DNA from: an uncultured Gaiellaceae bacterium
GTDB lineage: Bacteria > Actinomycetota > Thermoleophilia > Gaiellales > Gaiellaceae
Direction of reading: 5' to 3'
Length of the DNA: 64,000 nucleotides
NCBI GenBank assembly: GCA_963802865.1
Contig: CAWDKB010000010.1
Coordinates: 38,731 to 102,730 of the forward strand
The notes beneath the pieces are model-generated. The model was not told where the DNA came from. It worked only from the letters and a program-made list of their open reading frames with translations, and ran no database searches. Position 1 is the stretch's first letter; every line of letters starts with the position of its first letter. Positions 11,053 through 19,281 of the stretch are shown here, piece by piece. Made by a program: the position numbers and the translations under genes.

Positions 11053-12192
11053 CTACGCGAGCAGGGCGCGATTCCCGCGCAGCGCCACGAGCACGCGGTC
11101 GACGTCCTCGTCGACGTTGTAGAGGTGGAGCGAGATCCGGACGTTGTCGTCGCGGTGCGACACGACGATCCCCTGGTCGAGCAAAGCCGCCACGAGGGCG
11201 TCGACATCGGTCGACGCGACGCAGACGAGAGGGCTAGGTGGCCCGCCGCCGGGCGCGGCGACCGTCGCCCCGAGCTCCTCGAGGCCGTCGCGCAGCCGCG
11301 CGGCGAGCGCGCCCACGTGCGCCTCGATCGCGGGGACGCCGACCTCGGCCACGATCTCCATTCCCACGGTCCCGGGATAGAGCGAGGGCACCGGAGGCGT
11401 ACCGCTGTCGAACCGCCGTGCGGAGCCGTGCGGCGAGTAGTCGGCGATCGACATCTCGAAGATGTCCTCGTCGGCGAACCAACCGGTCTGGGTGGGGAGC
11501 AAGGACTCGACGAGCGAGCTCCGGATCCACATGAACCCGAGCCCGGCCGAGCCGAGCAGGTATTTCACGGTTCCACCCGTCACGACATCGGCCCCGAGCG
11601 CGCCCACGTCGACCTCGATCGCCCCGATCGCCTGGTAGCTGTCCGCGAGCACGAGTGCGCCCTGGGCATGCGCGACATCGGCGATCGCGGTTACGTCGTG
11701 GCGATAGCCGGTGCGGAACGAAACAGCGGTGCAGCAGACGAGTGCGGTGCGCTCGTCCACGACCTCGGCGAAGCGCTCGGGCGGGATCGAGCCGTCGGCT
11801 TCCGGCGTGACGTGCACGACCTCGGCGCCGCGCAGCGCCTGTGCGTGCGCGATCTGGCCGACGGTCGGGAACTCGTACTCGCTGATGACGATGCGGTTCC
11901 GCTCACCGCTCAGGTCGAGAGCGGACACGAGGGCGCTGACCCCCTGGGAGACGGACGTCGTGACCGCGACCTCGTCCGGGTCGGCATGGATGAGGCCTGC
12001 GAAGCCAGCCCGTGCGGCTTCGTTCCGCTCGACCCAGAACTCCCACTCCGCGCCGTTGGAGTCCCAGCCGCCCAGCCACTCCTCGACCGCTGCACGCACA
12101 CGGTGCGAGAGCGCGCCCTGCGAGCACGAGTTGAGGTAGACGGCGTGCTCGAAGATCGGAAACTCCGAGCGGATCGCGTGCCCGACGCTCAC
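11053..12192 (-). CDS. class V aminotransferase / cysteine desulfurase-like PLP enzyme
   Basis: 379 aa. The N-terminal IRSEFPIFEHAVYLNSCSQGALS is typical of this fold. It overlaps the livF stop by 4 nt. Confidence 0.8.
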   Translation of the reverse strand: MSVGHAIRSEFPIFEHAVYLNSCSQGALSHRVRAAVEEWLGGWDSNGAEWEFWVERNEAARAGFAGLIHADPDEVAVTTSVSQGVSALVSALDLSGERNRIVISEYEFPTVGQIAHAQALRGAEVVHVTPEADGSIPPERFAEVVDERTALVCCTAVSFRTGYRHDVTAIADVAHAQGALVLADSYQAIGAIEVDVGALGADVVTGGTVKYLLGSAGLGFMWIRSSLVESLLPTQTGWFADEDIFEMSIADYSPHGSARRFDSGTPPVPSLYPGTVGMEIVAEVGVPAIEAHVGALAARLRDGLEELGATVAAPGGGPPSPLVCVASTDVDALVAALLDQGIVVSHRDDNVRISLHLYNVDEDVDRVLVALRGNRALLA

Positions 12193-12908
12193 CGCCCGAG
12201 GTATGCCTTCCGGAGGTCCTCGTTCTCGGCGAGCTCCGACGCCTTCCCCTCGAGAACGATCCGGCCGGTCGACAGCACGTAGCCGCGATCCGCAATCGAG
12301 AGCGAGACGTTCGCGTTCTGCTCGACGATGAGCATCGCGACACCGGACTCGTGGACCTGCCGGATGATCTCGAAGCTGCGCTCGACGAGGATCGGCGCGA
12401 GGCCCATCGAGGGCTCGTCCATGAGGAGGAGCCGCGGCTTCGACATGAGTGCCCGTCCCATCGCGACCATCTGCTGCTCGCCGCCGGAGAGCGTTCCCGC
12501 GAGCTGCGAGCGGCGCTCGTACAGCAGCGGAAACAGCTCGTACACACGCTCGAACTCCTCCTCGAGGTCGGCCTTGGGCCGAAGGTAGGAGCCCATCTCC
12601 AGGTTCTCGAGCACGGTCATGGGGCCGAACAGCCTGCGGTTCTCGGGGACGATGGCGAGCCCGCGCTTGATCCGGCGCGAGGTGGGCACGTGCGTGACGT
12701 CCTCGCCCGCGAAGGTCACGGTGCCCGTCCGCGGCCGGACGAGGCCCAGGATCGTCTTGAGCGTCGTCGACTTGCCGGAGGCGTTGCCTCCCAGGAGGCA
12801 GACGAGCTCACCCTCCCCCACGTGCAGGTTCGAGTCCTGGAGGATGTGGATCTGGCCGTAGTAGGTGTTCACGCCCTCGAGTCGCAAGAGCGGCTCGACA
12901 GCGCTCAT
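12189..12908 (-). CDS. livF: branched-chain amino acid-type (HAAT) ABC transporter ATP-binding protein
   Basis: Walker A GGNASGKST, signature LSGGEQQM, Walker B LLLMDEPS. Confidence 0.9.
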   Translation of the reverse strand: MSAVEPLLRLEGVNTYYGQIHILQDSNLHVGEGELVCLLGGNASGKSTTLKTILGLVRPRTGTVTFAGEDVTHVPTSRRIKRGLAIVPENRRLFGPMTVLENLEMGSYLRPKADLEEEFERVYELFPLLYERRSQLAGTLSGGEQQMVAMGRALMSKPRLLLMDEPSMGLAPILVERSFEIIRQVHESGVAMLIVEQNANVSLSIADRGYVLSTGRIVLEGKASELAENEDLRKAYLGR

Positions 12909-13726
12909 TTGCGCTCCATCGCGCCCGTGCCGAGGTACGCCTCGACCACACGCGGGTTGGTGGCCACCTCGTCGAACGTTCCCTCGGCGATCTTCACGCC
13001 GTGGTCGAGCGCGATCACGCGGTCGGAGATCCCCTCGACGACGTGCATGTCGTGCTCGATGACGAGGATGGTGTACCCGCCCTCCCCCCGCAGTTGGGAG
13101 ATGAGCTCCGTGATCTCCTGGGTCTCCTTCGGGTTCATGCCGGCCGCGGGCTCGTCGAGCAGCAGGAGCCTCGGGTTCGTCGCCGTGGCGCGCGCGATCT
13201 CGAGCCTGCGGCGATTTGCATACGAGAGGCTGTAGGCCGGCTGATCCCAGCGGTAGCCGGTGAGCCGCTCGCCGAAGAACGCGAGCCGCTTCTCGGCGAG
13301 CTCGCGGATCTCGCGCTCCTCGCGGCGCATTCCAGGGGTGCGCAACATCGAGCGCAGCACGCCGGCCTTGGTGTGCCCGTACGCCGCAGCCATGACGTTC
13401 TCCCGGACCGACATGTTGAGGAAGAGCCGGAGCGTCTGGAACGTGCGCGCGATACCGCGCTGCGTGATCCGGTGTGGCGTCAGGCCCTTGATGGACTCGC
13501 CCTCGAAGACGATGTCGCCTGCCGTCGGCTCGTAGACGCCCGTGACGAGGTTGAAGAGCGTCGTCTTCCCGGCCCCGTTCGGGCCGATGACGCTGACGAT
13601 CTCACCCTCGTCGACGTGCAGGTCGAGGAGGTCGACGCACAGAAGGCCGCCGAACGTCATCGAGACACCCTTGAGCTCGAGGAGCGGCGCGTTCGTCGGC
13701 AGATCCTCCTGAAGGACGGCGGTCAT
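12905..13726 (-). CDS. livG: HAAT ABC transporter ATP-binding protein
   Basis: Contains GPNGAGKTT, YANRRRLEIARA and LLLLDEPAAG. It overlaps livF by 4 nt. Confidence 0.9.
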   Translation of the reverse strand: MTAVLQEDLPTNAPLLELKGVSMTFGGLLCVDLLDLHVDEGEIVSVIGPNGAGKTTLFNLVTGVYEPTAGDIVFEGESIKGLTPHRITQRGIARTFQTLRLFLNMSVRENVMAAAYGHTKAGVLRSMLRTPGMRREEREIRELAEKRLAFFGERLTGYRWDQPAYSLSYANRRRLEIARATATNPRLLLLDEPAAGMNPKETQEITELISQLRGEGGYTILVIEHDMHVVEGISDRVIALDHGVKIAEGTFDEVATNPRVVEAYLGTGAMERK

Positions 13727-15153
13727 CAGACGATCTCCACCCGGCGCTCACCGAGGATCCCGGACGGCCTCGTCACCATGACGGCGACGAGCATCGCCCC
13801 GAGGAGCACGAACCGCGTCACGTCCGGCTGCGCCGACATCACGTTCTCCCAGACGAACGCGGCGAGGTAGAGCGTGGGCACGAGCACGGCCCAGCGCCAG
13901 ATGCCCTTCACGGTGGTCGCGAGCATGACCAGGGCGACGAGCCCGACGTACGCGATCGTCCTCGCGTCGCCGGGCGCCGTGGGGATGACCACCCACGCGT
14001 CCAGGAACCGCGTGACCGAGTCCGAGTCGGGGGGCGCGGACGTCGTCCACGAGTCGTCGATCGCACCGGCGATCGCGTGGACGACGAACCCGAACACGGC
14101 AGTGGCCGCCAGCACACCGACGACCATCCACCGTGGACGGATGACCAGTACGAGAGCGAGCACGATCGCGATGTAGAACACCCAGCCCGAGACGTCGGGA
14201 TCGCGGAGCGCCTCGAGGAAGACGTAAACGACGACTGCCCCGAGCACGGCACCCGTCTGGCTGCCGACGCCGCCGAGGATCAGCATTGCGTAGACGGTGA
14301 TGAGCAAGGTCAAGGAGAACGTTTCCGGGAACACGCCGATCTTGAGCGACGCGAAGAGCGAGCCCGTGAGCGCCGCGACCGCAGCTCCGAAGGAGAACGC
14401 GAGGAGCTTGAGCCAGTCGGTCGGCATCCCCATGAGCTCGGCCGCGAGCGTGTCCTCACGAAGCGCGCGCCAAGCCCGCCCGATGCGCGAGTTGTTCACG
14501 AGGTAGAGCGCGGCGAAGACGACGACGAAGACGCCGAGTGCGATGTAGACGTAGTTCGAGTTGAAGATCCCCTGGTGACTCACCGGGATCTCGCGGCCGA
14601 AGAGGTCGAACGGGTCGAAGTTCGCGATGCCGTTGACGCCCCCGGTCAGATCGACCCCGAACAGGTCGTGGCCGTTCGTGACGATGCTGATGAAGATCTG
14701 GTAGACGAACAGCGTCACGATCGCGAGGTAGTCGCCTGAGAGGCGCCACGACGGTAGGCCCACGAGGAGCCCGAGGAGCGCGCCGAGCACGACGCAGATC
14801 ACCATTACGAGAAGCGACGACAGGTGGATGTCGAACTTGTCCGAGCTCAGGATCGCGTACGTGTACGCGCCGATCCCGAAGAACGCGATGTAGCCGAGAT
14901 CGAGGAGGCCGCCCCAGCCGACCACGACGTTCAGGCCGATCGCGAGCAGACAGAAGATGAGCGTGTCGAAGACGACCACGTTGATGTAGCCGTCGTCGGT
15001 GATCAGCGGTATCGACGCCACCGCGACGACGAAGAGCGCGAGACGCGCCCAGCCCGGCACACGGTCGAGCGCCCGCACCACGCGGTGCCGCTCGATGTTC
15101 TCTCCCGAGCGAGCTACCCACTCGTCCTTGCCGATGCGCGGTCCCTCAGCCAC
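13726..15153 (-). CDS. livM: HAAT ABC transporter permease
   Basis: 475-aa polytopic membrane protein with GYISLGQ-like LDLGYIAFFGIGAY. Confidence 0.85.
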   Translation of the reverse strand: MAEGPRIGKDEWVARSGENIERHRVVRALDRVPGWARLALFVVAVASIPLITDDGYINVVVFDTLIFCLLAIGLNVVVGWGGLLDLGYIAFFGIGAYTYAILSSDKFDIHLSSLLVMVICVVLGALLGLLVGLPSWRLSGDYLAIVTLFVYQIFISIVTNGHDLFGVDLTGGVNGIANFDPFDLFGREIPVSHQGIFNSNYVYIALGVFVVVFAALYLVNNSRIGRAWRALREDTLAAELMGMPTDWLKLLAFSFGAAVAALTGSLFASLKIGVFPETFSLTLLITVYAMLILGGVGSQTGAVLGAVVVYVFLEALRDPDVSGWVFYIAIVLALVLVIRPRWMVVGVLAATAVFGFVVHAIAGAIDDSWTTSAPPDSDSVTRFLDAWVVIPTAPGDARTIAYVGLVALVMLATTVKGIWRWAVLVPTLYLAAFVWENVMSAQPDVTRFVLLGAMLVAVMVTRPSGILGERRVEIV

Positions 15154-16101
15154 TCACACCTTCTTGATGTCGGGGCGACCGAGGATGCCCTGCGGTCGCA
15201 CGAGCATGAACACGATCAGCAGCGAGAAGATGACGAGGTTCGACAGCCCGACTGGGATCCCGATCCACTGCGTGATGTAGGTCACCGTCACGGCTTCGAC
15301 CGTGCCGAGAAGGAATCCGCCGAGCATCGCGCCGGGAATCGAGCCGATGCCGCCGATCACCGCGGCCGTGAACGCAAAGAGCCCCGGCGTGAAGCCCATC
15401 TGCGGGAAAACGTCGGTGCGAAGCGCGAACAGCACTCCCGCCGCACCCGCGAGAGCGCCCGAGAGGACGAACGCGAACATGATCACGCGGTCGATGTCGA
15501 TCCCCATCATCGCCGCTGCGTCGCGATCGATCGAGGTCGCCCTCATCGCCTTGCCGATACGCGTTCGGGCGACGAGGAACCAGAGCACGACCATGAGCAC
15601 GACGGCTGCCACGATCCCGATGACGCGGAGCCACGAGATCGTGAACGAGCCGATCGTGATGGCCGGCGCGTACAGCTTGCCGCCGGCCATGTTGAACGTG
15701 TCGTACGTGCGGTGGTTCGCCCCGTAGAGGAGCTGCATGCTGTACGAGAGAAAGAACGAGACACCGAGGGCGCTGATGAGCGGAGCGATGCGCGGAGCGT
15801 CGCGCAGTGGCCGGTACGCGAAGCGTTCGATGACCACGCCCAGCACCGCACACGCAGCCATCGCGGCGAGCGCCATCAGGATGAGCACGACCCAGATCGA
15901 GATCGTCGGATCGATCGCGCCGCCGAAGACCGTGAGGACTCCGAAGCCGACGTACGCCCCGACCATGAAGACGTCGCCGTGCGCGAAGTTGAGGAGCTTG
16001 AGGATCCCGTAGACCATCGTGTAGCCGAGAGCGATCAGCGCATACGTGCTCCCGAGCGTCGCCGAATTGACGACCGTCTGAAAGAGCTTGTCGTAGTCCA
16101 C
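15154..16101 (-). CDS. livH: HAAT ABC transporter permease
   Basis: 315 aa; contains YALIALGYTMVYGILKLLNFAHGDVFMVGAY. Confidence 0.9.
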   Translation of the reverse strand: MDYDKLFQTVVNSATLGSTYALIALGYTMVYGILKLLNFAHGDVFMVGAYVGFGVLTVFGGAIDPTISIWVVLILMALAAMAACAVLGVVIERFAYRPLRDAPRIAPLISALGVSFFLSYSMQLLYGANHRTYDTFNMAGGKLYAPAITIGSFTISWLRVIGIVAAVVLMVVLWFLVARTRIGKAMRATSIDRDAAAMMGIDIDRVIMFAFVLSGALAGAAGVLFALRTDVFPQMGFTPGLFAFTAAVIGGIGSIPGAMLGGFLLGTVEAVTVTYITQWIGIPVGLSNLVIFSLLIVFMLVRPQGILGRPDIKKV

Positions 16102-16205
16102 GGAGGTTGCGGGAGCCTACTCCGCCGCTCCCGCGGGGGAAACGGCGCCGGCACCGAGATCGAAACGTGTGGCCCCGGCCGGAGCCGAGGCCACACGTTG
16201 CGGCG

Positions 16206-17387
16206 TTAGAGCCTGCCGATCTGCTTCAGCGTGCCGTCGGCCTGGATCTGGAACACCCAGAAGCCGCCGTTCAGCGGATCGTTCGTCTTCGACGAGAAGC
16301 GGAACGAGCCACCGAGGATCCAGTTCGGCACCGGGCCGGCCTTCATCTTGCGCTTGATGTTGATGCGGTCGATGGACGACTTGCCCGCACACGCGCGCTT
16401 CGCCGCGTACAGGATCGCCTGCACCGCGCCGTAGGCAGGCGGTCCGAACACGTCGGCCGTCCGCTCGGGGTTGTCTCGCTTCCATGCAGCCAGGATCGCG
16501 GCCTTCCCCGGCACCGAAGCGATGTCCGGAGCGAAGTTGGACACGTACGAGCCCGGCACCTTGAACGCCGGGTCGACCGTGCCGTCACCGCCGAACACGA
16601 TCGCACGCTTGCCCTGCTCCTTCAGGAGCACTGCAACCTGGTTCGCATTCGCCGCGACCTGGAACGGGGTGAAGACCACGTCCGTGTCTCCCGCGATCCG
16701 CGTCACGAAGCTCGAGAAGTCGCTCGTCGTGTTCGTGACCGACAGCCGCTGCACCGGGACGTTCCGGCGCTCGAGATACCGCTCGATCGTGTTGGCGAGG
16801 CCGACCGAGTACGGCTCCTGTGCATCGAAGACCGTGGCCTTGTCGGCGTTGAGCTTCTCGACCGCGTACTTCGCCTGGCCCGTTCCCTGCACCGAGTCGT
16901 CCGCAACGACGCGGTAGAAGAAGCCGGTCGCCGTCGGCGACCCTCCCTTCGTCAACCCCGTATTCGTGGCCGAAGGCGTCACGTGCACGACACTCGCGTC
17001 CGCCAGCGTCTTGCTTGCGGAAGCGACGCCACCCGACGTCGCCGGCCCGATTGTCGCGATGACGTTGCGGTTACCGACGAGGCGCTGTGCTTGAGTTAGC
17101 GCAACGGCCGGATCGAGCACGGTGTCGTACGGGATGACCTTCGCCTTCAGCCCGAGCTGTGCGCCGACGCGCTTTGCTGCGAGCGCGGCCCAGCTCTGCT
17201 GCGACTGGCCGAGGAATGAGGCGGCACCCGACATGACTGTCATGTTCCCGATGTTGATCGTGCCTCTGCAACTGACTGCCGCAGCCTCGGAGCGCGCGCC
17301 TGCCTGCGTGTCTGCTCCTGCGGACGCCGCAAGCGACGCCGCGACCAGTGTTGCGAGAGCCGCGGCGATGAGTGCGCGTCTCTTCAT
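16206..17387 (-). CDS. ABC transporter periplasmic amino acid-binding protein (LivJ/K family)
   Basis: The internal ATG at 17387 is preceded by GGAGGAGGG and gives the signal peptide MKRRALIAAALATLVAASLAASAGA. Confidence 0.85.
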   Translation of the reverse strand: MKRRALIAAALATLVAASLAASAGADTQAGARSEAAAVSCRGTINIGNMTVMSGAASFLGQSQQSWAALAAKRVGAQLGLKAKVIPYDTVLDPAVALTQAQRLVGNRNVIATIGPATSGGVASASKTLADASVVHVTPSATNTGLTKGGSPTATGFFYRVVADDSVQGTGQAKYAVEKLNADKATVFDAQEPYSVGLANTIERYLERRNVPVQRLSVTNTTSDFSSFVTRIAGDTDVVFTPFQVAANANQVAVLLKEQGKRAIVFGGDGTVDPAFKVPGSYVSNFAPDIASVPGKAAILAAWKRDNPERTADVFGPPAYGAVQAILYAAKRACAGKSSIDRINIKRKMKAGPVPNWILGGSFRFSSKTNDPLNGGFWVFQIQADGTLKQIGRL

Positions 17388-17425
17388 AGAGTTCCCTCCT
17401 CCTTCGTGGTGTTCACGCTGAGACG

Positions 17426-17452
17426 CCCCCGCGATGCCGTTTGTTGCGGGGG
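17426..17452 (-). terminator. GC-rich hairpin between the MBL hydrolase gene and livJ
   Basis: CCCCCGC-N13-GCGGGGG, 7-bp stem. There is no clear U tract. Confidence 0.3.
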
Positions 17453-17486
17453 AGGTCGGACACTGTCGCACCGCATCCGTGTCGTG

Positions 17487-18287
17487 TCAACGACCGATGA
17501 ACTCGCTCAGCGGTAGAGTATCTGGCACGCGCCGCAGCCCGCGCCACTGGGCCAGATCGTGTCCGTAGACGAGCAGCGCGTCCTCCGCCTCCGCGAGCTC
17601 GACTAGCCGCGCCGCGCTCGAGCGCGCGACGTCCTGATCGGACGCCCCGCCGTTGACGCCGGTCTCGAGCTCCGTGGGCCGCGAAATCGCGTCTCCCGCG
17701 AGCAGAACAGAGCCGCTGTCGCGAAGCCGCACCAGGAGGGAGAGGTGTCCGGGCGAGTGCCCTGGCGTCGCGAGCAGCGTCAGGCCGGGAGCCAGCTCCA
17801 GGTCGTGCTCGACCAGCACGTACTCGGCGTGGACGGGCCAGTCCGCCGGCCGCGCGTCGCCGAAGTACCTGGGCGGGCCGCTCTCTCGCTCCCGGCGCGA
17901 GACGACGATCGTGGCGCGCGGGAAGTCGTGGAGCCCGCCGATGTGATCGACGTCGCCGTGCGTGACGACGAGGTCGGTGACCTTCTCGACTCCGAGCCCG
18001 GCGAGCGCGAGCTGCGCCTCGGGAGTGTTCGCGGGAGTCAACGAGACGACTCGACCGAAGGCATCGAGCCCGTCCCGGCGACCGGCTGCGTCCGGGTCTT
18101 CCCGGTACGCCTGCGGAAAGCCGGTGTCGACGAGGACGACGCGCGCGCCGCTGACGACGACGTAGCCGAGAATCGGGATGCGGCGACGATCCTCGGCAAC
18201 CTCGAACGTCCCGTAGTCGAGGATCCCGAGGAGGTCTGCGTACCCGCCGGGAGCGCTCAGAAGTAGAACTGCTTCCAGGCGTCCCAC
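17487..18287 (-). CDS. MBL-fold hydrolase (N-acyl homoserine lactonase-like)
   Basis: Contains THGDVDHIGG and TPGHSPGH. The start is placed at the in-frame GTG at 18287, and the rest of the 535-aa ORF is antisense or overlap artefact. Confidence 0.75.
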   Translation of the reverse strand: MGRLEAVLLLSAPGGYADLLGILDYGTFEVAEDRRRIPILGYVVVSGARVVLVDTGFPQAYREDPDAAGRRDGLDAFGRVVSLTPANTPEAQLALAGLGVEKVTDLVVTHGDVDHIGGLHDFPRATIVVSRRERESGPPRYFGDARPADWPVHAEYVLVEHDLELAPGLTLLATPGHSPGHLSLLVRLRDSGSVLLAGDAISRPTELETGVNGGASDQDVARSSAARLVELAEAEDALLVYGHDLAQWRGLRRVPDTLPLSEFIGR

Positions 18288-19066
18288 CAGGAGTCGGCGC
18301 GCGAGACGATCGTGCGCTCGTCGACCCGCTCGACGCCGGGGCGGAAGCGGAGCCGGTCGGGCTCGGTGGTGTTCTTGAACTCGGCCCGTACCTCGCAGGG
18401 CCTGCCCGGGTCGTACGGCTTCACCGCTTTCAGGTCCCCGAGCGCACGCTTCGCGCCCTCCTCGATGAGGCGCCGCGCGCGAACGGGCGGGATCATGCGG
18501 GCCGACCCGGCGCCGATCCCCCACTTCACGGCGACGGTCGTGAGGCCGTCTCCCAGGAGCTCGGTGCCCTCCCGGCAGGAGGCATCGTCGCCTGTGACCA
18601 GGAGCACCGGGCAGCCCCAGGTGCCGCACAGCGCCGCGTTGATCCCGGTCTCGCCGACCAGGGTGCCGTTGAACCAGAGGTTCTGGTAGTCGCGGCCCGA
18701 GATCGTGTGGTTCATGACGCCGGCAGGCGTGCCGGCACGTGCGTGCATGCCGACGAAGAGCGCGGCGTCGCATCCCCGCTCGAGGAACTCCGTGTACTCC
18801 GTCCATTCGTCCTGGACGACGTACTCGCAGTCCGGATCGAGGTCCTCCGGGACGAGTGAGTTGAACGTCCAGCCCTTGCCGGCGCCATGGCAGTCCATGA
18901 CGACGATCTCCGTCGCACCCGCCGCACGCGCCCCGCGCACGGCCGCGTTGATCTCCTGCGTGTACAGCTTTCGCCCCTCTTCGTACAGGGCTTCGCCGCC
19001 CGTCGTCTGCTCCCACTTGACGATGCCGGCGACGCCTTCCATGTCGCTGATGACGTGGACGCGCAC
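18257..19066 (-). CDS. dppA: peptidase M55 D-aminopeptidase
   Basis: Contains MRVHVISDMEGVAGI and VVMDCHG, the family signature. Confidence 0.85.
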   Translation of the reverse strand: MRVHVISDMEGVAGIVKWEQTTGGEALYEEGRKLYTQEINAAVRGARAAGATEIVVMDCHGAGKGWTFNSLVPEDLDPDCEYVVQDEWTEYTEFLERGCDAALFVGMHARAGTPAGVMNHTISGRDYQNLWFNGTLVGETGINAALCGTWGCPVLLVTGDDASCREGTELLGDGLTTVAVKWGIGAGSARMIPPVRARRLIEEGAKRALGDLKAVKPYDPGRPCEVRAEFKNTTEPDRLRFRPGVERVDERTIVSRADSWWDAWKQFYF

Positions 19067-19209
19067 GCGAGAAGCCTACGCCGCATCGAGACATGCTTCA
19101 GGACACGACCTGGGACGACGTTTCGAGCTCAAGCCGTCGGGCTCACCTGCCGATAGCGAGAGCGACTCCAGGCTGGGACTGACGGCAATCAGCTCGGGCC
19201 CGGAGCTTC

Positions 19210-19241
19210 GAGTAGGGGCGGCGGACGACGCCGCCCTACTC
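19210..19241 (+). promoter_or_regulatory. strong hairpin in the 5' leader of the homocysteine methyltransferase/MTHFR gene
   Basis: GAGUAGGG(G)CGGCG-GACGA-CGCCGCCCUACUC: 13 bp with one bulge, 40 nt upstream of the GTG start. Confidence 0.3.
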
Positions 19242-19281
19242 ATCCTCTGGGCCGATCGACCACCGCTCTACACTGGCCCGC

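Noticed and set aside
19140-19200. Possible SAM-I/SAM-IV riboswitch core upstream of the homocysteine methyltransferase/MTHFR gene
   Set aside because: Only short fragments resemble the consensus. I could not assemble the P1-P4 helices or the conserved junction nucleotides by hand, so no riboswitch feature is called. It is kept only as a leader of unknown function.
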